From NCBI GenBank assembly GCA_000004985.1, contig GG738862.1: a stretch of DNA of 64,000 bases; one strand, given 5' to 3'. A program made the position numbers and the translations under genes. The stretch is from Naegleria gruberi. Taxonomy: Eukaryota. Each line of letters begins with the position of its first letter. The stretch's first letter is position 1. The notes beneath the pieces were generated by a model, which saw only the letters and a program-made list of their open reading frames with translations, ran no database searches and was not told the DNA's origin. Below, in pieces: positions 46,675-58,495 of this stretch.

Positions 46675-49600
46675 TTAAAAATCCATTTCATACAAATCAG
46701 TTAACATGTTCATGATAATTTCAAAGGATGGTCTTGCACTTGGTTCGGTGGCCCAACTCATTTTCATAATATTAACATAACCATCGACTGCGGAGAGGAG
46801 TTGATGAGCATTACGAGGATTCATTTCTCGTAGAAACTTTTCACACCATGTGGTCATTTCATTCCAATCAACGAATGGTATGATTGGTCGTTTTTCTTGA
46901 TTAGCTACAAAGAAGAGCAAGTTGAAGGCCTTGATTTTCTTTTGATCCAAACTCACATGATTGAAATAATTAATCTTTTCACATGTATCATTCCAATAAG
47001 GGGTTTCCTCAAAGAAGAGTTCCCACATTATTATTGCATATGCATAGACATCCTAAATTGAACGAATAATATTAATATTTTAGAATAGATTGCTAAAACT
47101 TACAATTTTCTTGGCATTCTCTTTGGAAAGTGCGGATGAGGTCTGTTCATTATCTTCTTCAAGAATTAATTCAGGACACCTTTACAAATATTGAAATAAT
47201 TAAATGGATATTCTAATATTATTACTTACATGTATAATAATGTTCCAATATTTGCAGTTAATGATGTTGTCAAGGTATGATTTGAGACTGTTCTAGATAA
47301 TCCAAAGTCACACACTTTTGGATTATCATTATAGTCTAGAATAATATTAGCAGGTTTTAAATCTCTGTGAATGAGATAGTTAGGTTGTAATCCATGCAAG
47401 TATTTCATCCCATTTGCAATACCAATCAGAATTTTTAGCTTTTCCTTCAAAGTCTTCTTGACAGTTCCTTTCTTCATATTCTTGATAAGTCTCTCCATAC
47501 TTCCATTCTGAGCCAACTCTACAACCATGTAGGATTGAGTTTCAGAAATACAAATTCCATAGAATGAAATAATATTCACATGTCTGAGTTGTATCAGAAC
47601 CATTACTTCCTTCTCGAACATGTCATTACTACCCTCCTTTCGAACAATGGTTTTCACAGCAACATCCATCATATTCCATTTGGCTTGATAGACAGATCCT
47701 GAGGCACCTTCTCCAATTTTCTTTTCAAATTTCAGTTCATTTGCTGGAATTATGTAATTGGCATTCTTTTCAATATCCACAGAATGAAGGGATCCATAAT
47801 CAGAGTACGAGACATCATAGGTAAGTAGTTTTTCTTCGATTTCCTTCTCTGATTTTTCTCGAACATAGACTTTCTTGATCTTTTTGTAAACTCTCCAAAT
47901 TGAAAAGGCAAGGAATGAACAAGTGCATGAGCCAATAACGATACCAATAATCATCACCAATATTGAGGCAACAACAATGACTGGTATGACCTGACTATAG
48001 GGAAAACCAAGTTGACACAGTCCATCCTTAATGATATAATCCACCTTGCAAGGAACCAAGTGAACACGTACAAATTTAGTTGTTGCAAATGGGAGTCTTA
48101 ATTTGAGAAAAAAATAATTATCTTTTTTGAGATCTATGGATTCTTTCTTGAGTGAAATGTGAAATCCAACAATATTCGAAAAATTGGTCTGGTTTACATG
48201 CACATCAAAGTTTGAGCTCGATAAAGTATCGTTGATTTCTATAATGGCACTTTCTAACAATACAGGTACATTATTATTTACACCATCAGTCATTTGAGAA
48301 AAGTAAGCAGATACTACTTGCCCCGGATAGACATAAATTGATTCATAAGTGTCATCTGATTTCAATTCCAATCTATCTAGTGAAAGATTGTATTGCCTTA
48401 TTGAGGTGGCAATATCATTTCCGTATTGATCTGCACTATTATATTGAACATCAGGCATATTTTCAATAAAAGCATACCCTTCAATGAATATTCCTCCTCC
48501 AATAAATGCAGAGTTCTCTTCCATCATAGGAGAGTATATTCCAATATTTTTTCCATTTGTGAAACAGGCACCACCTCTAAGGGCTGAATTGAGTAGAAAT
48601 GTTGATTTCGTCATAAAGCCATGCGTATTGATTAGTGATAGGGCTCCTCCACTTCCCTCAACGAAATGACCAGACTTGAAACGCTGTTCCTCCGCTGGTG
48701 ATAGAACAATTCTATTATTTACAAAACTAGTAAGAAGTAAACTAGCTGCCAAAGTAGTATTTCGAATATAGAGTGCACCACCTGCCAGTGTTGAATTATT
48801 TGAATGAAAAAGTGTCGATTCAATTCTAACTGCATAATTTCCATCCATTAATACGGCTCCTCCATTTCCATTTTTTGCTGTGTTATTGATAAATCGTGAT
48901 CCTAGAATGCATGAAGATGTAGAGACAGAGAGGAGTGAAATGCTACCTCCACTCTTGAATGAAGTATTGTTGAAAAATCTGGAGTTTTTCACAACAACTA
49001 CATCAGAAGAATCAATAAGTATAGCACCTGAATGTTTGGCCTTGTTTTGTTGAAAAAAGCAATCAACCACTTTGACCTCCTGACACAGATAGAGAGAAAC
49101 CACTGATTTTGCATTCATTGAATAATTGTCTATGAATGCAGAACGTACAAAATTGACTGTTCCCACTGAAATCCAATCTATCCATCCATACTCTCTCTTT
49201 CCAGAAAAATTACATTTGGTTATAAATATCCGAAAGACAAGGTTTGCCTTAATAGCTGAAAGTTCGGCTGGGTCGCCGGCATCTTCCTTTGGATTCTTTC
49301 TAATATGATTCCGTAACGGAACATATGTAAAATTGCAATGATTAATATCTGCCTGAACGACAGATCGCAATGTCAACTGTGAATTCTTTGAAAATTCGAA
49401 TTGGCAATACGAAAACTCGACACTTTCTGCATGTGCAACTAATATAGTAGGACCAGCACTATCTACATCCAATTTGGCTGAAAATTTGGTCCTATTAAAC
49501 AATACCCTTTCAGCTCCCATTATCATTATATCTGAATCAGTTACACAATTTTCCATTTCAATATTTCCATAATTCATCTCAATAACCGATCCAATAATTC

Positions 49601-50405
49601 TCGAATTAGAAAGTCTAAATCTATAGTCCATACTACTAAAAATTTTCACCTGATAAAAATCAACATTTGAAGCTTCCATACATGGCGTAACCATATTAAT
49701 TGCCTTCATATTATGAAACCGTATATAGGAAATAACACTTGATGAATCAGTTATAAAACCATCTGTATCATAAAAGCATCTAATGAGTCGAGGTGAAGCA
49801 TTGTCAAAACTCTTCACTAACACATTAACTCGAATAAATTGCCGAATCGATCCATCAATGGGTGGAACTCGAGCAAGACATGCCCTTCCACCACTTCTAT
49901 CCAAATCAGCTAGATCAGTCATTAGAATTATATTAAACAAAATTTCAAAGCATTCACCCTTTCTTCCTTCCCTAGTAGAAATTGAGGATAATGAAACCAT
50001 GGCAGCTGACATGTCCTTACATGCATTCTCAGTGGTTGATCCACAATCAAGAATTGATGTATAATTTTCCAAATTTACATGAATATCAAAACTAATTGGA
50101 ATATAGGAAAAACATGTTTTCACTTTTGTAAAATTTCCATTCGTTCGGTTTAATCCCAAATTAGAATTTGTTTCGTCTAATATTCTATTTAATCTTGTTG
50201 GTTTATAATTTTTAGAGTACCTAGGGGTGTTGTATTTTAGAGAAGATGATCCTTTCAATTTTTTACTTTCTCTAATGGTTTCTATTAGTTTCGTTTTATG
50301 TACAAAATTCGATTTTTCAAATTGTCGTATTTCCAACTCCGAAAAAGTAGAAAAACAATCATCATTTGCAATATTTAAACTACTAAATATTAATAAAAGT
50401 AACAT
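46675..50405 (-). CDS. receptor-like protein kinase (TKL-type) with right-handed beta-helix (PbH1/pectin-lyase-fold) ectodomain; 3 exons
   Basis: Exon 1 about 47230-50405 (signal MLLLLIFSSLNIA from the internal ATG, alt ATG 50537; PbH1-like NNTAKNGNGGAVLMDGNY repeats; TM VIPVIVVASILVMIIGIVIG; kinase GEGASGSVYQAKW...HRDLKPANIIL...DFGLSR...GTLLYM). Exon 2 about 47104-47179 (CPELILEED...). Exon 3 46675 to about 47052 (DVYAYAIIMWELFF...). Confidence 0.75.
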
Positions 50406-50706
50406 TATTATCGTTATCCTAAAAAATTGTTCCGAGACTAGTTTCGTCCTTGATGTTCTTTCGTATAAGAAATAGAAAGTTGTGTTTCGGTGATGGTAAC
50501 TTTCTATTTCTTCTCGTCCAAAGAACCTCCAATTCATAGTTTCCTTTCCATAGAGTTGATGTTATTTTTTTAATGTCTGTTGTCGAAAGTGTCTGACGTC
50601 TGTTTTAGGATTTCTTCCAATAAGAAATGCTCACACTCAAAAACAAGAAACAAAGATACAAAGGAAAAAAGATATTTTCCAAAGAATCTTGAACAATCAT
50701 TTAACA

Positions 50707-50777
50707 AAAAAGGTGTAGGAAGACAGGGAATCGAACCCTGATCTTAGGAACCACAATCCCATGTTCTACCACTGAAC
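50707..50777 (-). tRNA. tRNA-His (anticodon GUG), 71 nt
   Basis: Reverse strand: AGGGAGA TA GTTC AGTGGTA GAAC A TGGGA TTGTGGT TCCTA AGAT CAGGG TTCGATT CCCTG TCTTCCT A. Discriminator A73 with no encoded G-1, which is the eukaryotic pattern. Confidence 0.75.
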
Positions 50778-50854
50778 TATCTCCCTTGTTAATTTGGTAA
50801 AGAAGGGTTTTACAACTATTAGACAAATAGATCTTTGTGTTTATTGGGAATTAA

Positions 50855-51957
50855 TCAAGAAATTGAACATGCTGTTTCTGATTCGAATATTTTGGTATCT
50901 TTTTTGACCACCTTAGCTAATAGAATCCTTCTTTCTGAATACTTGGAATGTCCTTCGAAAAAGTATCCCTTTTCAATTGCTCTTTCGACAACTGTTTGAA
51001 TGTTAATATTCTTCTTACAGCTTGTTTCTATAATTTCATAATTGCAACTTCCAAAATTATTCAATAGTTCGATAATTTTCTCCTTAACATGCTCTACATT
51101 TAGCGTGGAATCATATTCCAAACGGTCAATCTTGTTAATGCAAATTGTTAGTGGAATAGATTCGTCATCATGAATATAAATAATTGATCTAAAGATTTTT
51201 TGTAAAATATTGTAATCATCTTCTTGAGAATTCACTGAAAATAGTATAATATATCCTCTAGCTCCTCTCAATTTGGCTATCAATGAAAATCATTGATTCA
51301 TAAACAATTTAGATCATTAAACTTACATTCATGAAACATGTAATAATCATTTCTGAAACCATTTTCCCAAATTTCCAATTTCAATTCTGTTTCATTAAAT
51401 TGAACATTCTTATAAAATACTTCATCCAACGAATAATCATATTGTTCATTGAATTGATCATTTAAATATCGATTGATGAAGGAATGAATACCTGACCCTC
51501 CTGGTCCACTAACACAAAGTTTAAAAACATCTCTTTTCGAATAGGGATCTGAAATTGAAAATTGGTCCTTTCTCCTCCTTTCTGCCTCCTTCAAAATTCC
51601 AAAAATTCTCTTATTCGATTTCATCTTTAATTTCTCCACAATTTCGTCTTTCTTTTTCCAATGATCATGCACATTAATTGAATTCACCACTTCTCGTCCA
51701 TTCTTCACTTCCAATCGGAGATTAATAAATTGAAACAAAATAATCTTCCAATAATTTTCCAATAAATTTTGAAAATTTTCTCCAAATTGTTTAGAAATTA
51801 ATTCCAAGTTACATAAATTTTTGATATTTTTCTCTGATCGGGCGAGGAGTGGATTTGCAATGATGAGAAATTCGAGAATGTGCCGTAAAAGTTCAGGAGG
51901 AAGATCAGTTAGGTGATGTTGTGGAGGCATTTTTTTTTGTAAGTTTCGTATTTTCAA
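50855..51957 (-). CDS. F-box protein fused to a degenerate Ras/Rab-like (pseudo-)GTPase domain; 2 exons
   Basis: Exon 1 about 51327-51957: F-box LPPELLRHILEFL; G1-like GPGGSGIHS (no P-loop Lys/Ser); G3-like WENGF (instead of WDTAGQE). 50-nt intron GTAAGT..ATAG. Exon 2 50855 to about 51276: G4 NKID and G5 ETSCK conserved. Confidence 0.6.
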
Positions 51958-52596
51958 GTTTCGAATGTAATCAAGATGTGTGAAAATAGATGAATTATTG
52001 TTAGTATGTCAATATTTGATAAATTAATCAAGTTTATGCAAAGATAACAAGACATTTGATGTTTTAGTAAAAGGAGCTTGAATCCGAGATATGTCAAAGT
52101 AGTACAACAAGTGAAAGACGTTTTTATCTATCTCTAATTATTACAAGCAACGTTTACTTCAACTAATACCTCCAAACTATTATATTCCCCAAATATTCAA
52201 TGTAGTTCGTTTCGAATAACCCTTCGTATAATCTTTTGGATTAATAGAATTAAACAATAATACATCACCCCTTCAAATGTTTCATCAATTGGTTGATTGA
52301 TGTCATACAGACAAAGAAACAAACTCAAATCCAATTGTGTGTCATTGCCAAATGTAAATATTACAATCATTTCGACATCTTTCGAATAAAATCTTGGTTT
52401 ATTGATGGTAATAACCTACCAGAAAGTAATCAAAAGACCTCAATTGATGGCAAGTTTAGCCATAAACCAACATCTCAATACGCTAGTAGGATACCAAAAT
52501 TGCTAAAGTGCCAAAAAAATATTCGAAACATCTTCATTATCTGAAACTTGTTTATCCTCAAAGAAAAAAAACTCAAAAAAACAAATCAACAACAAC

Positions 52597-54159
52597 ATGA
52601 ACAGCAGCATTCTATCCAATGAGAGTGTCGACTCTCGAACCCACATTGAGCTGTCAACTAGTCCAACAAGTATCTCCTCACCTCGAAATGTCAACCAACA
52701 ACAATCATTCAAAGATAATTCACCACCACAATCTGCAAGTGGCACACACTTTGTAACTCAACCAGAATCTACTGTTTATTCATCGGCAACTGGAAAGAAG
52801 GATTCGAATAATCGTCAGTCAACTAAGAGTGAACAATCTTCGATGAAAACTCCAAGAAATTCATCGGCTACTGGGTTTAGATCTAGGACATTTAGATGGT
52901 ATACATGTTGTGGTGTATTGGAAATGAATTGTTTAAAGTTGACAAGTTTAGTTGCGTTGGTAGTTAGTTTAGTTTCGTTTGTTGCTTTACTCGCCATTAT
53001 TTCAGTTAATTATTCGATTGCAAGGGACTATCAACTCAAGCTTGCAAATTTGAGTACTTCTGGTACTTTTTACAGAGAATTAATGAAGCTGTCATGTAGA
53101 GCAGCTGTCACATCAAGTTACAACAAGACATTGTCATTAGAATTTGCCACAACTTACAATCAATACTTTACAACCTATTATTCTGATTTGGGTAAGCTCG
53201 TTGCTACTGTTCCACCATCCATTCTCTATTGGAATAAGATGAATATTACAATGGAAGAGCTCAAGTCAAGAAAAGCTGTCAGAATGGAACTTGCCATGAT
53301 TGCAAATGTCAAAACTGGAAATTATTCAACAGCTTTGGCAAGTTTGGAATCTGATACATATAAGGGCTATTTAACTGGTTATCAAGAAGAAGTTCAAAGC
53401 TTTATTAATTATGCAGAAGACATGAAAAGTGACAATGAAAAAATGGATTTGACAACCACAACTGTTTCACTAATTGTCATTTGCATCTCACTAGTCATTG
53501 TCATTCCAATTCTCCTAGCATTTATGATATTGAGCTTGAGAAAGGACGATACCAAAGAGAAACAACTCAGACAAGTCAAGAAATACATGATTATGGACAC
53601 AATTAATGATTCTTCATTGGTGGAAAAGTTTAAGGAATTTTGTAAACAAGAACGAAGTGAAGAGAATTTTGTGTTATTGGAAAAGATTAATGAATATAAG
53701 AAGTTGTGTGAAAAGAGTTTTGATATTCAAGTGGTGCTGTATGATACTGGTGATGCTTTGAGTATTTCAGATGTAGTTTCGGATACTACTGCTTCAAGTC
53801 AAGATGAATCGACTAAAAAGAAGAATAAGCATAAGAAGGGATTTACAGAGAAGGATTTGCAAGATATTGAAAAGAAGAAATTCGAAATTGCATTCGAAAT
53901 TTATTCAGAATTTTTAGATATTCAAGGAGATCATGCTGTGAATATTAGTAAGCAATTTGCTGATGTTGTCAAACTTAGTTTAGATTCGTTTGCTAAGGGT
54001 GAGAATGAATACATGCCAGAAACTTTATTCGAAAGTATTGAATACGAAATGTGTTTATTAATGATGGATACTCATCACAGATTTAAACAACATATGGAAG
54101 TTCAATTGAAACAAAAGAAACAAGTCCTTTCAACATTGAAAAGAAAACCAAAAAAGTAA
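52597..54159 (+). CDS. membrane-anchored RGS-domain protein (2 TM segments flanking an extracytosolic region, C-terminal RGS domain)
   Basis: 520-aa ORF with ATG in CAACAACATG context. TM LTSLVALVVSLVSFVALLAII and TVSLIVICISLVIVIPILLAFMIL. RGS-like SLVEKFKEFCKQERSEENFVLLEKINEYKKL. Confidence 0.55.
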   Translation: MNSSILSNESVDSRTHIELSTSPTSISSPRNVNQQQSFKDNSPPQSASGTHFVTQPESTVYSSATGKKDSNNRQSTKSEQSSMKTPRNSSATGFRSRTFRWYTCCGVLEMNCLKLTSLVALVVSLVSFVALLAIISVNYSIARDYQLKLANLSTSGTFYRELMKLSCRAAVTSSYNKTLSLEFATTYNQYFTTYYSDLGKLVATVPPSILYWNKMNITMEELKSRKAVRMELAMIANVKTGNYSTALASLESDTYKGYLTGYQEEVQSFINYAEDMKSDNEKMDLTTTTVSLIVICISLVIVIPILLAFMILSLRKDDTKEKQLRQVKKYMIMDTINDSSLVEKFKEFCKQERSEENFVLLEKINEYKKLCEKSFDIQVVLYDTGDALSISDVVSDTTASSQDESTKKKNKHKKGFTEKDLQDIEKKKFEIAFEIYSEFLDIQGDHAVNISKQFADVVKLSLDSFAKGENEYMPETLFESIEYEMCLLMMDTHHRFKQHMEVQLKQKKQVLSTLKRKPKK

Positions 54160-54186
54160 AAAAAGTAAAAGTTCAAATTCAATATT

Positions 54187-56814
54187 CTAATATTCTCGCC
54201 AAGCATCAACGATTTCCTTTCTATAAAATCCTTGATTGATAAATTCATTTCTCAATTCCCTTGAGGCATAATTTAATGCAATTCTATGAATTTCGTCTGA
54301 TTTAATATTAGAATCCTGCTTGATTGCTTCCAAAACAACTTGTCTATCATTTCTCAGTTCATCTGATGCAAATAAAAGTGACATTCCACATTGTTTGACA
54401 GCTTCCAGAACTACTTCCTTATCATTGCAAAGTAAGTTGTCAGCAAAACGTAATGACATTCCATTATTCTTTACAGCTTGAATTACAATTTCCTTATCGC
54501 TACGGAGCTCGTATAAAACATATTCTAAAGCCAGTCCATTATGTTTCACTACTTCCATAACAAGCTCCTTATCTTTCCTAAATTCCATAGAAATTTGTGA
54601 GAGCATACTTGTGTTAAGTTTGACAACTTGAATAATGAACTCCCTATCGTTTTGTAATGAGACAGAAGCATGATTGAATGGTATACTATAAGAGGTAATT
54701 CCTTGCAATACAATTTCCTTATCATTGTAAAGTTCAGTCGTTTCTAAACATAAAATACCTCCATGTTGCAACCTAGCCAAAATAATTTCTCTATTCCTTT
54801 GCAAATCTGCAGAAGCACATTTAAACTCATTTTGATGCAATTTGACTGCATTCAATACCCATTCTTTATCGTTTCTTAACTCAGAATATGAATCTCGATG
54901 AAGATAGCACCCATTGGTCTTGAGAGCTTGTAAAAATTCTCTGTCGTTTCTAAATGCAATGGAAGCGTTATTGAATGCGTTCTTGTCTGATTTAATTGCT
55001 TGTAAGACTATTTCTAAATCTTGTTTCAACTCAATGGGTGCATAAGCAAGCACAGCAACGTTCTCTTTGATGGCTTGTTTTATAAATTCTCTGTCATTTC
55101 TTAAAGATTCACTGATATATTCAAAAGCTGTTTCATTCTGTTTTACAGCTTGAAGGGCAACTTGTCTATCATTTTTCAATTCATCAGAAGCATATCGCAG
55201 TACAGAACCATCTCTTTGAACAGCATTTAAGACGATTTCTCTATCACTCTTCAGCTCCTCTGAAGCAAAATAAAGGGACATACCCTCCATCTTAACTGCA
55301 TGCATAATAATCTCTCTAGTATTTGTAATATCTTCACTTTCATCTCTAAGGACACTATCCACGCATTCCCACCTGATAGGTTCCCTTGCTGTTGAAAGAA
55401 TCTCAATAACAAACTCTGTAGTTTTCATCTCATTCGGTAAATCTTCAAACCCATAATAAGGTGATCCTGATATTCTAAGAGCATTTAGCATAAAGTCCTT
55501 ATCACGTTTCAAATCATTGGATGCGCACTGTAAAACACCACTTATAGATTCAGTTCCAATCTCCCAATAAATGTCTTCCATGACCAGATCTTTATCATTT
55601 CTGAGCTCCTCTCCACAAAATCTCAAAGTAGAACCAGTAAATGGACACCGTATTGCTTGGAGCACAATTTCTCTATCATTATGAAAATGTGGAAGGTGTT
55701 CCAAAGCTAAATAACCACTCCTTTTAACAGCAATTAAAACCACTTGTCTATCATGTTTCAATTCATCAGATGCGAATTTTATCGCATATCCATCTTGCAT
55801 AACTGCTTTCATAACAATTTCCTTATCATTTCTCAAATCTTCAGAGAGAAACTCTAATCCTAATCCAAAATGTGAAACAGCAGTCAGGGCTATTTCTTTG
55901 TCGTTTTTCATTTCATCAGAAACTAAATTCATTGCATACATGAGGTATTTCACAGCTTGCATAATAAATGTCTTGTCGTTTTTTAGCTCACTACTTGCAA
56001 CTTCCAAGGCACTCCCTTTCAATTGAACAGCTCTCAACATGAAATCTCTGTCATTGAGTAACTCTTGACTTGCATAACGAAGTACACCCGAATGGCATTT
56101 CCTGATTGCTGTGTAAAATAGCTCTTTATCATTTTGCATTTCCTTCGATGCAAGTGCTAGTATTCTACCATTACTATCTCTCAGAAGAAATTGATAAACA
56201 ATCTCTCTATCATGACTAAACACAGAGTTAATATTAGAATAGGAGCATCCTGATTGAACAGCAGCTAGTGTTACATCTCTGTCTTGTCGTAAGTCAACAG
56301 AAGCGAATTCAATCAAATCTCCATCAAATTTAACTGCTCTAAGAACCATTTCCTTATTATTTCTCATCTTAAATGGACAATATTCCAAAAATCTTGGAAA
56401 TAGTTCAAAACCCTCCATCACAAACTCTTCATTCTCCCACAAATTTAACTTTTCACAAATGAGTTTAAATTTCTCTCTCTCAAATAGATACAAATCAAAG
56501 AGTTGCCGATAGATATATTTCTTGTCCCTAATCCAATCAAGAAAGGCAATGATTATTCTTGTCTCGAAACTGTCATTATTCTGCCGACTGTTGGTATCAT
56601 AACTATCATCAAACCTATCCTCATCATGATTTAAATTATTTAAAGCATTAATAAACTGTTTAGTTTCCTCTTCCATCCTTTTTTCAATAATCATATTAAC
56701 AAGGGATAAAAGTGTTTGGAGGATTAAACGAGACTTTTCTTTCGGTGCCGAGTCTCTGATTTTGAAAATTAATAGATTGGATGAAAAGGTTTCGTCCAAT
56801 TTACAAGTTGTCAT
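54187..56814 (-). CDS. DUF4116-like tandem-repeat protein (about 18 copies of a roughly 37-aa helical repeat)
   Basis: ORF 54187..56835. Repeats of the form REIVLNAVQRDGSVLRYASDELKNDRQVALQAVKQNE... The better start is AAAAAAAAATG at about 56814; an alternative ATG is at 56835. Confidence 0.5.
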   Translation of the reverse strand: MTTCKLDETFSSNLLIFKIRDSAPKEKSRLILQTLLSLVNMIIEKRMEEETKQFINALNNLNHDEDRFDDSYDTNSRQNNDSFETRIIIAFLDWIRDKKYIYRQLFDLYLFEREKFKLICEKLNLWENEEFVMEGFELFPRFLEYCPFKMRNNKEMVLRAVKFDGDLIEFASVDLRQDRDVTLAAVQSGCSYSNINSVFSHDREIVYQFLLRDSNGRILALASKEMQNDKELFYTAIRKCHSGVLRYASQELLNDRDFMLRAVQLKGSALEVASSELKNDKTFIMQAVKYLMYAMNLVSDEMKNDKEIALTAVSHFGLGLEFLSEDLRNDKEIVMKAVMQDGYAIKFASDELKHDRQVVLIAVKRSGYLALEHLPHFHNDREIVLQAIRCPFTGSTLRFCGEELRNDKDLVMEDIYWEIGTESISGVLQCASNDLKRDKDFMLNALRISGSPYYGFEDLPNEMKTTEFVIEILSTAREPIRWECVDSVLRDESEDITNTREIIMHAVKMEGMSLYFASEELKSDREIVLNAVQRDGSVLRYASDELKNDRQVALQAVKQNETAFEYISESLRNDREFIKQAIKENVAVLAYAPIELKQDLEIVLQAIKSDKNAFNNASIAFRNDREFLQALKTNGCYLHRDSYSELRNDKEWVLNAVKLHQNEFKCASADLQRNREIILARLQHGGILCLETTELYNDKEIVLQGITSYSIPFNHASVSLQNDREFIIQVVKLNTSMLSQISMEFRKDKELVMEVVKHNGLALEYVLYELRSDKEIVIQAVKNNGMSLRFADNLLCNDKEVVLEAVKQCGMSLLFASDELRNDRQVVLEAIKQDSNIKSDEIHRIALNYASRELRNEFINQGFYRKEIVDAWREY

Positions 56815-57010
56815 TTTTTTTTGTAAAATATTCATCTAGATTCGTATCATTTTTAAATTTGAGATTTGTGTAATCTTGCTCCGACTCTTACTGTTGAATA
56901 TCCCATACACCTCAAATTGAGAACATCCAAAAAAGGACTTGTGCGGAAGGATGGTCAAGTTGACAAGAGGCAATTCGCGAAACTCGTGCAGTAACATTAT
57001 TTCAAAAAAA

Positions 57011-58495
57011 ATGAGGCCTTTGTTATTCCTTGTACTCCTTGTTATCTTGCAAGTTAGCTTGTTGCATGTTAATGCTATTCCTCAAATAACAGCAATTACC
57101 AAATTGACTTCAGATTTAAAAATTACAATTCAAGGTCAATACTTTACACAAAAACCAAATCAAAAACCACTTCTGTATTGGCATGCTGACTTTGGCATAC
57201 TCCCATCAATAGAATTTGGTAGAAAATCTAATTGGGACAGTACTTTTGGTGGTGATCTGGTCAACTCTACCACTCCAAATGTGGTCATTTCAAAGGGATC
57301 AAGAAGTGCCATCAGACTTGATCATGGGACAAAGGAAAGTGCCATTCTCTCTCTTGTTGAATTCAACTCTTCCCAACTCTACGTATGGAGAAGAAGATAC
57401 GATGCCTTTTCATTGGAAAAGGACAGAGCTATCAGAACAAGATATATCAATGCCAAAGCATTGAATGGATATAACTCAACTGTTGTTACTACAGGCATGT
57501 GGATGACCACATTGGATAAATCAATTTGGGCTCAGGTCAACTATGCACCAGCTGGTGCAGCATTCTATTCAGCAACTGTTGGAAATATTAACAATGATGC
57601 AACTGTAACAGTGCAACGCATTCAGACTGGCACTCCAATCTTATTCTATGGTGAAAATGATGTCCAATTCTCAACACCACTCATCAATGCGACAGCCAAT
57701 GAAGGCACAGGTGTCTACTTTTCTTTCAATCACAAAGTTTTTAGATTGTGGGTTGAGTATGGAGTGGAACCAATTAATGTCTATATGAGTCTTGATAAAT
57801 ATGGAATGGTGGAAGTGGAACATAGTGTAGATGGACCATTCTTGAGATCAACCTGGATGAATAAGATCCAACCAGCTGAACGTAGATGGGTAAATGAAGA
57901 ATTTCAGTATCAATCTAATAGTGTTAATGAAATTGATGGAAAATTGCACTTTTGGCAGGATAATTTGAGAGCTTGGAATGAAAGTAAGAGATTTCGGTTT
58001 AGAACAACTTCAAGACCAAATCCATTCAAACAAGTATATCAAACTCAAGTCTCTAATGGAGCTCAAATTAATTCATTCGAGTATTTTGACTCGCTCTATA
58101 TTGATGAAACTTGGCATCGAGTTTTGATAGGAAACTCATCTGTTTATTCCAACTGTACTAAACTGGAATTGATAGTTCCAAACAAGTGGAACGAAACGAC
58201 CATTGAAGGAACTTTGAGATTGGGAGAATTTACAGACACTCCTCTCAATCAATTGTTTGTTTATGTCCTTGATGCAAATGGTGTGGTCAATAGAAATGGT
58301 TTCAATTTGGCAGTTTCAAACCAACCCACTTCATCAGGTCTAGTTGTAGTTGGAACTTTATCTAATACCAAAAGAGTCAATTCCATTGTTTCTCATGCTA
58401 ATCAATTGGTTTCTTCATTCGCATTCCTGATTATCATGTTCTTTTTAATAGATTTGCAGCTCGCTGTTGCTGCTGTTTCATGTTGGTTTTTTTAA
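57011..58495 (+). CDS. secreted/possibly GPI-anchored glycoprotein, unknown function
   Basis: ORF 56939..58495. Real start AAAAAAAATGAGGCCT at 57011 gives signal peptide MRPLLFLVLLVILQVSLLHVNA. Many N-x-S/T sites; hydrophobic C-terminus SFAFLIIMFFLIDLQLAVAAVSCWFF. Confidence 0.5.
   Translation: MRPLLFLVLLVILQVSLLHVNAIPQITAITKLTSDLKITIQGQYFTQKPNQKPLLYWHADFGILPSIEFGRKSNWDSTFGGDLVNSTTPNVVISKGSRSAIRLDHGTKESAILSLVEFNSSQLYVWRRRYDAFSLEKDRAIRTRYINAKALNGYNSTVVTTGMWMTTLDKSIWAQVNYAPAGAAFYSATVGNINNDATVTVQRIQTGTPILFYGENDVQFSTPLINATANEGTGVYFSFNHKVFRLWVEYGVEPINVYMSLDKYGMVEVEHSVDGPFLRSTWMNKIQPAERRWVNEEFQYQSNSVNEIDGKLHFWQDNLRAWNESKRFRFRTTSRPNPFKQVYQTQVSNGAQINSFEYFDSLYIDETWHRVLIGNSSVYSNCTKLELIVPNKWNETTIEGTLRLGEFTDTPLNQLFVYVLDANGVVNRNGFNLAVSNQPTSSGLVVVGTLSNTKRVNSIVSHANQLVSSFAFLIIMFFLIDLQLAVAAVSCWFF

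Noticed and set aside
52293-52544. 83-aa ORF upstream of the RGS gene
   Set aside because: AT-rich, has no conserved features, and lies in the 5' region or promoter of the RGS gene. It is most likely non-coding.
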